A stretch of DNA of 64,000 bases from assembly GCA_965287045.1 (NCBI GenBank), contig OZ336873.1, positions 11,036,001 to 11,100,000 of the forward strand. Reading direction: 5' to 3'. Made by a program: the position numbers and the translations under genes. Below, one piece after another: positions 40,008 to 51,605 of this stretch. Origin of the DNA: Carcharhinus amblyrhynchos. Lineage: Eukaryota. The notes beneath the pieces are model-generated. The model saw only the letters and a program-made list of their open reading frames with translations. It searched no databases and was not told the origin of the DNA. Position 1 is the stretch's first letter. Each line of letters begins with the position of its first letter.

Positions 40008-40355
40008 TATTTTACAAGATGTGGGCATTGCTAACAAGACCAGCATTTGTTGCCCATTCTTAATTGTCGCTGAACTGTGTGGTCGTTAGGTCATTTCAGA
40101 GAGTAGTTAAGAGTCAATCACATTGCTGTGGGTCTGGAGTCACATGTAGGCCAAGCAAGGTAAGGATGGCAGATCTTCTTCCTTAAAGGATATTTGTGAA
40201 CTGAATATGACAATTGATGATACTTTCACCACTACTGGGGCTAATTTTATGTTCCAGATGTTCTCCATGAGCTGCCATGGTGGATTTGAACACATGTTTC
40301 CAAGACATTAGCCTGAGCTTCTGGATTACTGATCCAGTGAATTCTCACTACCCCA
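40008..40355 (-). mobile_element. Second SINE family
   Basis: Reverse complement of the 2258/17863 family (cacattgctgtgggtctggagtcacatgtaggcc). Confidence 0.8.
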
Positions 40356-41041
40356 CAGTCGCCCCCTATGGCTGAAGATTTAAGGACCTTGAGTTGAAGT
40401 TTTAAGTATTCAAATGCCTGCATCTGGCTATCCAAAAGTGAATTTCCTTTAATTAGAAATAGAAATGTCAGACATATTTTAACTCCCTAACATTCCAGCA
40501 CTATCCTGCAATATTGCTACTATGTAAGTGATGTATTTTTAAATTTAAGTAATTTAATTGAAAATTTTGAAATCATGTCCGATCACCAAAGATCAGCCTG
40601 TGCTAAAATTTATTATTGTCACATGTATTCGGATACAATGCCAAAATCGTTTCTTGCATTACATACAGATAAAATGTACCATTCATAGAGAAGGAAAGGA
40701 GAGGATGCATATGATGCGAATAGAATTACCATATAACTATCTGTTCAGTCCCACAAACCTGTTCCACCGTTCCATTTCAATCATTGCAGCATTGATCTGC
40801 ATTCCATTTACCCACTTTTGTTCTTATCACTCACTACCTTAACCTAAATGAAATCTGTCAATTGCAGATTTGAATATTTCATTTGGGCCCCACCACCCAA
40901 TCTCCTTTGGGACACAGTTTCAAGTTTCCACTATGTATTGTGCAAAAAATTACTTGCTGATTTCACTCTTAAATGGCCTACGTCTAATTTTAATATCATG
41001 GCATCATTTTCTGGATTTCTCCTACCAGAGAAAATAACTTA

Positions 41042-41349
41042 GCTGGCATGGTTGCACAGTGGTGAGCACTGCTACCTCACAGCACAAGGGACCTGGGTTC
41101 AATTTCCAGCTTGGTTCACTGTCTATGCGGAGTCTACACGTTCTCTCCATGTGTGCGTGGGTTTTCCCCCAGGTGCTCTGGTTTCCTCCCACAATCCGAA
41201 AATGTGCTGGTTCATGCACTGGCCATGCTAAATTCTCCCTCAACATACCTGAAAAGGCGTCAGAGTGTGGCGACTAGGGGATTTTCACAGTAACTTCATT
41301 GTGGCGTGAATGTAAGTGTAGTTGTGACACAAATAAATAAACTTTAAAA
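41042..41349 (+). mobile_element. HE1-like SINE with alternative tail
   Basis: Same structure as 25423. Confidence 0.9.
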
Positions 41350-41981
41350 CTCTAAATTTTATCTGCATTTGCCCCACTGTGTGCCCGAAATGAGGTCTTT
41401 TCAATGATACCTTGAACCCTATCTGCTATCTCAGATGGCAACAAAGATTTCAGGGCATTTTCAGAAGAAAAATATGTTCTGGCCAACATTTATACCTCAC
41501 CTCACATCACTGATAGCAGAGTATCTGGTCACTGATCGTACTGTTATTCACCAGAGTGGCTGTGTGCAAATTGGCTTCAGGAATACTGATAAATGCACCT
41601 CAACAAATCCAAGTCTTTCTTTCTTTTTCACCCATTAACTTTCTAAACGTAAAAGAATGCAAGATGGGTTTATGCAATCAGTTCTCATAATTTAACTCTA
41701 TGAGCCCAATATCATCCTGACCATCTTCAGATGCTTCCCTCAGTTTTGGGAGAGGATTTCCCTATCCACTTCTAGCAGTAAAGCTGGCTCCAATAATGAT
41801 TCTTTCTCTCACTGGGCACATCAGACCAAACCTCAGATTCCTCAGATGGCTGTGGAATACATCTCTTCTGTTACAGACCATCTCCCTCCTGCATCCAGCT
41901 TTGACAGTTTGCAAAGAACCTGCAGCCTCTTCTCTGCGCTGACCACACCAATTGCTGTTGTTTTCCTCTCACTCTTTTCAC

Positions 41982-42052
41982 AGGGGGTTTTCACAGTAAC
42001 TTCATTGCAGTGTTAAGGTAAGCCTACTTGTGACACTAACAAATAAACTTTA
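41982..42052 (+). mobile_element. Isolated alternative SINE tail (5'-truncated insertion)
   Basis: gggggttttcacagtaacttcattgcagtgttaaggtaagcctacttgtgacactaacaaataaacttt. Confidence 0.75.
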
Positions 42053-42179
42053 AAAATATTTCCCTTCTGCCCAAAAGCTTGAAACTGACAATCTACTTAC
42101 TGCTAGCACAGCCGGTTTTGCCTTTTGCTCTCAGGTGTGAGAACTTTTCACCCTGCTCAGCAGGTCCCTTGACTAAGCC

Positions 42180-42452
42180 ATCATAGAATCCCTACAGTAC
42201 AGAAGGAGGCCATTTGGCCCATTGAGTTTGTGCCAACCATAATCCCACCCAATCCCTATTCCCGTAACCCCACACATTCACCCTGCTAATTTCCCTTTCA
42301 CTAGGGGTAACTTAGCATGGCCAATCAACCTAACCTGCACAACTTTGGCCTGTGGGAGGAAACCAGAGCATCGAGAGGAAAACCCGTACAGTCAAGGGCA
42401 GAATAGTGACCTGAGGCTGGAATTGAACCTGGGACCCTAACCACTGCGCCAT
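42180..42452 (-). mobile_element. HE1-like SINE
   Basis: atcatagaatccctacag tail; internal deletions. Confidence 0.85.
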
Positions 42453-43335
42453 CTCAGACTTCTTGTCAGGTAACATTTGGAATGGTCACATCGTACTCTT
42501 CATTTTAACACAAATTTAAAGACACAGTGTGAAACATCTTATGAAACGTCTTACAAAACATCAATTGTAGCAAAATCAAGATGGCAGCTTTTTTTGGCTG
42601 AGTGAAATTCATGTGCCACTATGAAGAAATAAATTCTGCAAATTAAGTGGCCAAATTATTCTGTAGATTCAGAAATGTAATTCCAAACATTTCAATGGTT
42701 TGTGCCTGAGATTTCTTCACTTTAAAATTAATTCATGGTGCCTGTACAGATGCAAACACTGTACTGTGCTGTATAAATGCAATGGCCATGAACCCACACA
42801 TTTGTTATTTCATGTTTGCCACCTCATACTTAATTTCTTTTAGAGGTGATTAAAATATTAGCAGTGCATGTAGTAATGCTTCAGAATCCTGAAGGGGAAA
42901 TATTTTTAAATTACTTACACAAGATTTTTTAAAAAGATACCTTGACTCTAATACTGTACTCTAAAGCTTTCATTTAAAGTTCTGCTTGGCAGACTTCATG
43001 GTGTGGGAGAACATGCTAGTGGTGGTGAACTGAAGGTCAGAAGGAATGGTCTAGACTTTCTCTTGTTTAAAATGATCGTAACCTGTTGTTTGATATGAAC
43101 GTTACATGACACTTGCTAAACCAAGCCTGGATGCTTTCCAAATTCTGCTGTACAGGGAATAGGTTGCTTCAATAACAGAGCAGTTTTGGATGCATCGCAA
43201 ATTGTGGAATGGTCAGCAAATACACTCATCAACTTATAATGAAGGAAAGGTCATCGATGAAACAGCTGAGGATCATTAGGCCAAGGGTATTTGCCTAAGG
43301 CACTTCTTCAGTGATGTCCTGGTGTTGAATTATCT

Positions 43336-43530
43336 TGATGTGGATGTGCCGGCGTTGGACTGGGGTAAACACAGTAAAAAGTATAACAACACCAGGTTTT
43401 AGTCCAACCGATTTATTTGATAGTAAACGCACAAGCTTTCGAGGTTTCACCTGACGAAGAGGGAAACCTCGAAAGCTTGTGCGTTTACTATCAAATAAAT
43501 CGGTTGGACTAAAACCTGGTGTTGTCAGAC
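43336..43530. mobile_element. Penelope-derived inverted-repeat element (family A) with 13-bp TSD
   Basis: tgttgaattatct at 43323-43335 and 43531-43543; perfect 63-bp arms 43386-43448 / 43463-43525. Confidence 0.88.
43448..43481 (+). ncRNA. Minimal type-I hammerhead ribozyme motif
   Basis: CAC CUGACGA A GAGG-GAAA-CCUC GAA AGCU U GUG: core boxes, 4-bp stem II with GNRA loop, palindromic AGCU helix III, CAC/GUG stem I. Confidence 0.7.
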
Positions 43531-43889
43531 TGTTGAATTATCTGCCAAACAAACCTTCTTCCTTTTTGTCAAGGATGACGCCAGCCAAAGGAGGATTTTC
43601 GCTTTGACGTTTTGCTAAGGTTCCTTTATGATGTATTTGGTTGAACATTGTCTCAATGTTGAGGCAAGTTACTATTTACTCTTCTCTAGCAGCCAGCTGT
43701 TATTGTGAAGAGATTTACAGACACGACGATCTGGTGGATCTCAAATAAATGTCACTGAACAGATTAGTGTCAATAAAGTATCATTGATAATATGACTGAC
43801 GACTTGTTTACTTACTTTACTGATGCTTGATAGCAGGTTTATGGATTAGTATTTGGCCAGGTTATACTTATCCTATTCCTGTTTATAGT

Positions 43890-44021
43890 CACTCACCTGA
43901 CGAAGGGGCAAACCCTGAAAGCTTGTGGGTTTACTATCAAATAAACTTGTCGGACTTTAACCTGATGTTGAGAGACTTCTTAGTGTGTTTACCCTAGTCC
44001 AATGCCAGCATCTCCACATCT
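43890..44021 (+). mobile_element. Penelope-derived element (family A) with hammerhead core and TSD
   Basis: cac CTGACGA a gggg-caaa-ccct GAA agct t gtg at 43894-43927; flanked by tttatagt at 43882-43889 and 44024-44031. Confidence 0.8.
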
Positions 44022-45437
44022 TATTTATAGTGCCAAGCTACATGATGTAGGATTTCCTCACTGGATTGTTAAGAGTCTTCATAAAGACTGTGTGGTTGTC
44101 ATTTCTACTAATTCTACCATGCATAGGAATGTCTGTAATTGCCATGCTGTTGTGGACAAAAGCAAGTAGGTTATTTCCTTCCTAGGTTTCCTCAACATCA
44201 AAGAGTGCAATATGGCAATTATGTCCTTCAAGACTAGCCCAGATCAGTCAGCACTGATACTTCCGAGCCAATTTGGTGGTGCAAATTGATATTCCCTACC
44301 GTCCATTGCTATTTATTTCATCAAAACTTTCAAAAGCATTGTGGAATACTGTCTCATCAGTTTTGAGACGATGTTAGTGACACATAGCGGAAGGTTTCCA
44401 GGGCACTGATCAATCTAAGCCACGAGACATCTGAGCCAGACCTCTCAGAAATATTCCCACCCAATTGTAAACCACAATGCAGCTATCTCTGAAAGGTCCA
44501 TTCTGTCAGAGGAGCAGGATATATCCAAAAGTAGGGGTGGGGCTAGATGGTTTACTCCAATCCCTAGTTTCTATCAATAAGCTAGATGTTGATAGAAAAA
44601 AATGTTTGTGTCAAGGGATGAAGACTTGTGCTCACATTTAGAAAGAAGGAACCTAGAAATTCATTTCACCCTCTGAAACCCAATATCATGCACAAAATCC
44701 AAAGTGGAGGTGGTGGCTGAAGGTGGAGGAGGCTAGTAATGATCCTCAAGATCGCTCACATTCTTTACTGATTAATACAGCATTTACCAAATGCCCTGAT
44801 GATATCTCATGGCTTGACATCAAGGTTTCATTAACATGAAGTTGAAAATGTTGCCCAATCTGCAAAGAGTGGATTCCCTCCATTGCATCTAAATGGAATG
44901 CCGGCCATTCACCAGATTGTTGAATACGTAAGATGATTATACATCCATCTTATATAAGATACATAAGATCCATGTCCAAAAGTTGAACCGAGCAATTCCT
45001 GAGAATTAGCTTCACAATAAGAGTGCCAAACCCTGAAGGGCTCATTCTCCAGCTCCAACATACCGAGCAGTGTATGTACTTAGGTGATGCACTTCAGACA
45101 CTACATGTGAGTAATTACAGCCTGAAGAGACATTTCCAAAGAAATCACAGCTGTCTATGGTTTAGATTCTGTATATCTAATCAATTTAGACTGTGTAGCA
45201 ATATTTTTTAAAATCAGCTTTTAAACATATAATGTTGAAAATTACACAGAGAGAAACATGAGCCGAGGCAAAAAAAAAGTTTAATTGCAGGAAACTAGTA
45301 AATAAAACATACTCGAATGTCAGAAAAAAAAGCTTTATTCCAGCTCCAACAGCCAGCTGTGTACTGCCACATCTGTTTTGATAATGGGAAAATACAACTG
45401 ATGTCTTTCACTGGTTCCAACAGTAAGGAGCTCCTAG

Positions 45438-45752
45438 ATAAAGGCAAAATACTGCAGATGTTGAAATCTGAAATAAAAACAGAAAATTTTGGAAAAATTT
45501 AGCAGCCAGAATTTTACTGTCCCATCCACCGCAGAAATTGGAGTGGGCAAGGGGTGGACAATGGGAACGTTTGTTGACATCAGGTAGGATTCTATAGTTT
45601 TGGGCCAAGTGAGGCTGTAAAATCCCACCCAACAGGTCTGACAGCATCTGTGGAGAGAAAACAGAGCAAACATTTCAAGTCAGGCTCTATTCTCTGTCAA
45701 CAGATGCTGTCAGACTTGTTAAGTTTTTCCAATATTTTCTGTTTTTGTTGTT
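45438..45752. mobile_element. Palindromic family-B Penelope-derived element containing a MITE (about 45504-45630)
   Basis: Arms aaaatactgcagatg...cagcatctgtggagag / ctctgtcaacagatgctg...ttttctgtttttg; internal TIRs gccagaattttac / gtaaaatcccaccc. Confidence 0.65.
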
Positions 45753-48700
45753 GAGTAAGAAAGCTCCTTCTGATTATCATTTGGGAATCACAGTCCAAAA
45801 AGGTGGTGGAAGCAGATTCAACAGAAACTTTCAAAAGGCACTGGACATAAAAAAAAATCAGAGCTGTGAGGGAAAAGCAGGCAAATGTGACTAATTGGGT
45901 GGCTTTCAAAAAGTTGGTCCAGGCACAGTAGGCTGAATGCCTTTGTGCCATCTCGTGTAGTTAATTGATTATCAGTATCCATTCACCTATGTTCAGCCGT
46001 GTGCAAAAATCAGCAATACAGAAGCAAAGAACAATATCCAGCCCATGTAAAACTACAGTCTGCTGACACTTCCACAGCTGCCAGAACCAGCTACTGCCAA
46101 GAAGCAAACATAACGTGACAGGCGGAGGCAAGGGTGTAGCAACAATAATTTCCTGTAGCAGGTACAGCTACCATTCAGCAATCCCTAGTGCAGGCTTTAC
46201 ATTAAAACACTTCTGTCACACAGTAAAGTTGTTCTGCAAATGGTCTACAATTCTGCTCATCCCCGGAGTTCTGCTGCTAGTATTCAACCATATTTATTTG
46301 AAATAAAAATTAATGGGCATGGAACACAATAAGGGTTAAATGCCAGTCCAAGTAGAAGCTAAAACCTTACCAAGCTCGACTGCAGAACATCACTATTAAT
46401 GTTTTACACTTTTTTTAAAAAACCTAACTTGCCTCAAGGGCTCTGAAGGTCAGAATTAATTCAGAGTTTTACAGGTGTCCCCTTACAGCCACTTTCTGTT
46501 AAGTACTGTATAGATACTGTGGTAATGTCACCTTAAAATAATAATCATTTGAACTTTACTGCATTTGTACAATCCTGCAGTAAAAATGGATTGCTTCATT
46601 TCACAGAATTATTAGCAGCAAAACGTAGTCCTTTTGTGCTGCCCTATAACTTTACTGCTTCTGCCAGCAGATTTAATATAAGCCAGTTTGTATTAAGATG
46701 TTACTACACCCTTCCAATCCTAATCGCCAATTATGACTCTATTAGCCCTACTTGGCAGCTCATTTGCTCTTGCAGCAGCTGAAGGGGACTAGGAGTAGAA
46801 CCTCTGGTCCTCGTGTTTCTGCTTCGATGAGCACAGCACAGCTGCTGTCATCGGTAGACAGGGATAAGCCAGGACAGCGCCTGCTTCACATAACTACACC
46901 TGACCTTCTGACAATTTAGAGGGAAAAATACCTGCCTAACTGCAGCGAGGAGCTTCCTTCAGATAGAACACTGAGCAAATTAAAGGCAACACAATATATC
47001 TGAGATCTACCCACTAGACACTTCATTAAATTGCTGCTCTTTCTTCTTGTACAGCACTAATAGAATCAGTGGCCTTGTTAGTTGGTGAGTAAAGATCAAT
47101 CACATACAGAGAGACACACTCTCTCTGCTGTCTTCCAGAAAATCACTGGGAAAAAAAGGCCATCATTAGAGTCTATAGTGGCCTTAATGTAAGGCACTTA
47201 AACAAAACACCATCCCATTGCAAACTTCAATCGGTATAAAAAAATACTCAGTGGAACTTGTTAAATCTGGCTGTGAGCAGTGTTGCCTAATATATGACTA
47301 TTTGGTCTTGGTCAAAAGATCATAATGTGCATATGTAAAAAGGCACTAGATTGCCTAAGGCCCAAGGCAGAGGAAAATAATTGCAGCAAAATGCTGAAAG
47401 TGCTCTACAGAGGCTCCTCCAAAGTGAACACCAGTGGGATAGGTAGATATAAATGCTTTGGCTCTACTGGATTCCAGCAACATGTTCCAGTTTCTGTAAC
47501 AGTTCTACAACAGTGGCCTCTACAGAGCTTCAGAATTTACATTTATTTGTATTTGCTTGCTGCAGTGAATCCTACTTAGCCCTTCCGACCTAGGTAATCA
47601 CCAAATAAAAATTGTCAAAGTTCCTTGCAATGCTAGCCTTTAATAAAAATCAGTAAATCTCACAACAGTGCAGTTATCTCAACAAATTTCAACTTGCCAA
47701 GTGACTGAAAGGCACTCGAGGGGTTCAGAGTCACACCATAAATAAAAAGCACACAATTTTGAAACATCATTTGAAACTCAGAAGTGATATAGTATTGAAG
47801 ACACTGGCAATATATTATTCTCTAGCCACTTTTGTTCCTTGCTTAACTACCCAGCATTTCTGTTTTCCACTTTTATAAGTAATTTTCCACCTCTAGTCAA
47901 GTGTTGACATGCAGCTTTCGACTAAGCGTCATTAGAAATGTTAAACCTATGCAAGACCAAAATGGACATTTGACAAGAAAACAGCACTTAAGTTCAGTTA
48001 ATCAAAAGAAGAGCAATATTCCATAAATTATGTGATGTATACAAGGCAACCATCATCTAAAAATGCTGCAGGACGTGCCTACAAATGTTATTCCATTCTT
48101 CACATGAGCACAAAGTGGTGGAGGCATTTTGTCGCAACATTCTGTCCCATTCCTTCTTCTTGTCACCTGATTTAAAGCTAAACAACACAATTCACTTGTA
48201 GGAACTCAGCAGCAGAACTGATGGCCTAGTCAACTGTGAAATACAGAATTATTCACTCTCTCATATTACATTAAACAAAAGTCAGCTGCAAATGCTTTAC
48301 AGCTACAGCACAATCTCTGCATTCTGGCAAGTACGCAAGTCATCAACAGCCTTGGATATGCTGTAACCTTTTAATAGTCGCAGCCAATTCTTATTCTGCA
48401 CACTGAACACAGCTTCTTATGAATTCTATAGCACCTGGTGTTGATTGTACATCCATACAGACCATACGCGAAGCAGTTAAACAGGAAACTTTATTAAATG
48501 CATGCATTTCCTCCATTTGGCAAAAATTCAACTGACACATTTACATAGTCATGGAAGCCATTACTTCACAAAAAATAAATTGAAAATGGAACTTGATTGT
48601 GAAATACAGACAGCATGCAAACACACTCAGATACTGGCAAAAATTTGCTGATAGGGAAGCCGTTGGAAATGGTCCAAAAAGGTGTCAAATGTCACAACCG

Positions 48701-48765
48701 AAGACCAGAATTCGAAAATCAGCAAACTTTGCAATGTGGCATCAAAGCCCTTCTATTGGGTAATG

Positions 48766-49024
48766 ACCTTATGATAGTAACCTGGTATCTCTTATTTTCT
48801 GCACACCAAGACAAAATCTACCCTCTAAAAGACATCCAGGACCTCAAAAGCCAACTTACTTGAAGTCACTGTTGGAATTTAACTATCCTGATTGCAAAAT
48901 AATAAACTATAACATGATATAAATTACTACAAGGACCAAAATGCTTAATCAAAATGCATTTCTCCAGGCATTGGAGATAAATTTTCATGAACTAGCACAC
49001 AAAAATTTTCCCTAGTTGGACAAA
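48766..49024 (+). repeat. 259-bp unique sequence, copy 1
   Basis: accttatgatag...ttggacaaa, identical by eye to 50191-50449. Confidence 0.97.
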
Positions 49025-49057
49025 GGAATTTTTCCCCTAACTTTACCCAGACCTAAT

Positions 49058-49312
49058 TGCACATGGTGGCACAGTGGAACGCACTGCTGCCTCACAGTGT
49101 CAGGGACCTGGATTCGATTCCTGGCTTGGGTCACTGTCTGTCTGTATGGAGTTTGCGTGTTCTCCCTGTGTCTGTTAAGTGCACTGGCCATGCTAAATTG
49201 TCTCTTAGTGTACCCAAATGCCAGAGTGCGGCAACTAGGGGATTTTCATAATGACTTCATTACAGTGTGAACGTAAACCTACTTGTGACTAAGAAATTAA
49301 CTTTAACTTAAC
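49058..49312 (+). mobile_element. HE1-like SINE with alternative tail, internally deleted
   Basis: Head plus ggggattttcataatgacttcatt...cttgtgactaag tail. Confidence 0.85.
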
Positions 49313-49457
49313 TTTTAATTGAACAATAGTTTCTCAAGCACACCACATTTAGATTCAAAATAATATCAGATCTAAAAAAGATTTGATCTCTTCATACAAT
49401 CTCAAAACCACAAAATTAAAAAATGAATGTTGTTGCCATTTTAGTTGTTTTGTAAAT

Positions 49458-50193
49458 TAAGAACATAAGAACATAAGAAATAGGAGCAGGAGTAGGCCAT
49501 CTAGCCCTTCGAGCCTGCCCCGCCATTCAATAAGATCATGGCTGATCTGTCGTGGCTCAGTTCCACTTTCCCGCCCTCTCCCCATAACCCTTAATCCCCT
49601 CTCTTATCAAGAACCCATCAAACCACTTCTTAAAAATATTTAGCGAGGCAGCCTCCACCACTTCAACGGGCAGAGAATTCCAGAGATTCACCACCCTTTG
49701 AGTGAAGAAGTTCCTCCTCAACTCCGTTCTAAACCGCCTCCCCTTTATCTTGAGGCTGTGCCCCCTAGTCCTACTGTCTTTTTTGAGCGGGAAGAGTCTC
49801 TCCACCTCTATCCTATCCATCCCATTCATCATCTTATACGTCTCAATGAGATCTCCCCTCATTCTTCTAAACTCTAACGAGTACAAGCCTAGTTTATTCA
49901 GCCTCTCCTCATAGCTCAATCCCCTCAACTCCGGTATCAGCCTAGTAAACCTCCTCTGCACTCCCTCCAGGGCCAAAATATCCTTGCGCAGGTGCGGCGC
50001 CCAAAACTGCACACAGTACTCCAGCTGCGGCCTCACCAATGCCCTATACAGCTGCAGCAAGACCTCCCTACTTTTATATTCAATCCCCCTCGCTATGAAG
50101 GCCAGCATCCCATTTGCCTTCCTGACCACCTGCTGCACCTGCAAGCTGGGTTTTTGCGACTCATGCACAAGGACCCCGAGGTCCCTCTGCACC
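49458..50193 (-). mobile_element. Young CR1 (HER1-like) LINE, 5'-truncated, uninterrupted ORF2 C-terminus
   Basis: ORF 49557-50192 (211 aa) nearly identical to ORF 55284-55982; tail taagaacataagaacataagaa on +. Confidence 0.97.
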
Positions 50194-50449
50194 TTATGAT
50201 AGTAACCTGGTATCTCTTATTTTCTGCACACCAAGACAAAATCTACCCTCTAAAAGACATCCAGGACCTCAAAAGCCAACTTACTTGAAGTCACTGTTGG
50301 AATTTAACTATCCTGATTGCAAAATAATAAACTATAACATGATATAAATTACTACAAGGACCAAAATGCTTAATCAAAATGCATTTCTCCAGGCATTGGA
50401 GATAAATTTTCATGAACTAGCACACAAAAATTTTCCCTAGTTGGACAAA
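50191..50449 (+). repeat. 259-bp unique sequence, copy 2 (at the CR1 5' junction)
   Basis: Identical to 48766-49024; shares acc with the CR1 end. Confidence 0.97.
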
Positions 50450-50544
50450 TTTCATTATCATTTTGGATGATTACAAAGAAACTCACATTTTGGTAGAGGT
50501 TATCGTGCCCTTAGGAAGTCCAAGAGTTTGCTGTGACCAATTAC

Positions 50545-50840
50545 TTACTTTGAAGCATAATGTTTGTGTAAAGTAGTGCAACACAATGGCCAATCTACAT
50601 ATGACAAGGCAAGACAATCAGCAAACAATGAATAACCAAATAATCTGCTGTTGCTGATGATGTATGTGGAGGTAGGGGTTGTTGGCCAGAATGCTGGGAA
50701 TAAAAACTCGTTCTTTTTCAGAAAGATACCATTTATGTTCACATGCGGGTGGCAAGCACAAAGTCATTTAATCCAACTGACAGCATGTCGAACAATGCAG
50801 CACAGCCTCAGTACTGCATTGACGTGTTGGATGTGTGCTC
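50545..50840 (-). mobile_element. SacSINE1/Deu-like SINE remnant
   Basis: accaaataatctg...ttggccagaatgctggg...gcagcacagcctcagtactgca. Confidence 0.55.
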
Positions 50841-50869
50841 CTGTCCATGCCATAGATATGAAGGTTAGG

Positions 50870-51097
50870 TGTAATGACTTCAATCAGGCTATTGAGGTTG
50901 GCCTATTGGAAAAAAAGTTCCCTGATTAAACAATCAGTTGATGGGCCAATCAGGGAGTCTTTTCCTTGTAGTTAGCCGGGAGTGTCAGTTCCTCTGGCAC
51001 TCCTGAAGGTAGACTGTTAGCACTCTGTGTACTGCTGTTAGAATTGTAAATAAAGGGATTTTTGTGAAAGAACTTCTGCCTCTGAAGACTTTTAACA
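50870..51097 (+). mobile_element. Solo-LTR-like insertion
   Basis: TGTAAT...CCAAT...AATAAA...TTAACA, 228 bp, between SINE-like flanks; no TSD seen. Confidence 0.5.
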
Positions 51098-51267
51098 GTG
51101 TCCAACGATGTGTAGATGGATTAGCCATGGGAAATGTGCAAGGTTATGGGGATAGGGTGGGGTAGACAGTGTGGGTAAGATGCTCTGTCAGACAGTTGGT
51201 GCAGACTCGATGGACCGAGTGGCCTCTTCTGCACCACAGGGATTCTATGGTTCTCTGATTCTATGAT
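51098..51267 (+). mobile_element. HE1-like SINE, 3' part
   Basis: ggtgcagactcgatggaccgagtggcctcttctgcacc...gattctatg. Confidence 0.75.
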
Positions 51268-51605
51268 TGAATCTGCAGCCTTCTGCCTCAAGCAAGGGTA
51301 TGACCATCCAGGTCAAGTTGACACAATGTAACAAAACATTTTAAATAGAAATATTTTAATATTTTATCTTTTTTTAAAAATGACTAATGCAATACATAGC
51401 TCTCTCAAGAGCGATGTATCTCTCACCTACAAGTCTGGTGGCAAAACAATCGACCTTTGGACTCCATAAAAAGCAGAAAACCCAGCCTGATTCACCAAAA
51501 ATACAAGAGGGCCTTCAAATATATTTTTCAATGGATTTGCTGTAGGTTTTTCACCAGTCAGTATTCATTTGTATTTAATTTGCAGAAGTCATGGAGTACA
51601 CAGGA

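Larger units (their letters stand above)
43030..44530 (-). mobile_element. Very old CR1/L2-group LINE ORF2 fossil hosting two Penelope-derived inserts
   Basis: 43240-43325 minus translates QDITEEVP*ANTLGLMILSCFIDDLS, a decayed GVPQGSVLGP..F..FINDL RT motif; boundaries approximate. Confidence 0.6.

Noticed and set aside
43386-43525. Hairpin as a microRNA gene or terminator
   Set aside because: It lies in a TSD-flanked repeat with sibling copies; a perfect 63-bp stem is unlike a pre-miRNA, and bacterial terminators do not apply
46872-46881. GGACAGCGCC as a REST/NRSE site
   Set aside because: Only the right half-site; TTCAGCACC is missing
47055-47084. 30-nt plus-strand exon candidate (ttcttcttgtacag|...TTG|gtgagt)
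   Set aside because: Good sites, but isolated, opposite in strand to the other candidates and with no recognisable peptide; such pseudo-exons are expected by chance in 64 kb, though it is not excluded
48766-50449. 259-bp direct repeats as LTRs of a retrotransposon or TRIM
   Set aside because: No TG...CA termini, PBS or PPT; the interior is a SINE plus a CR1 and the repeat begins exactly at the CR1 break
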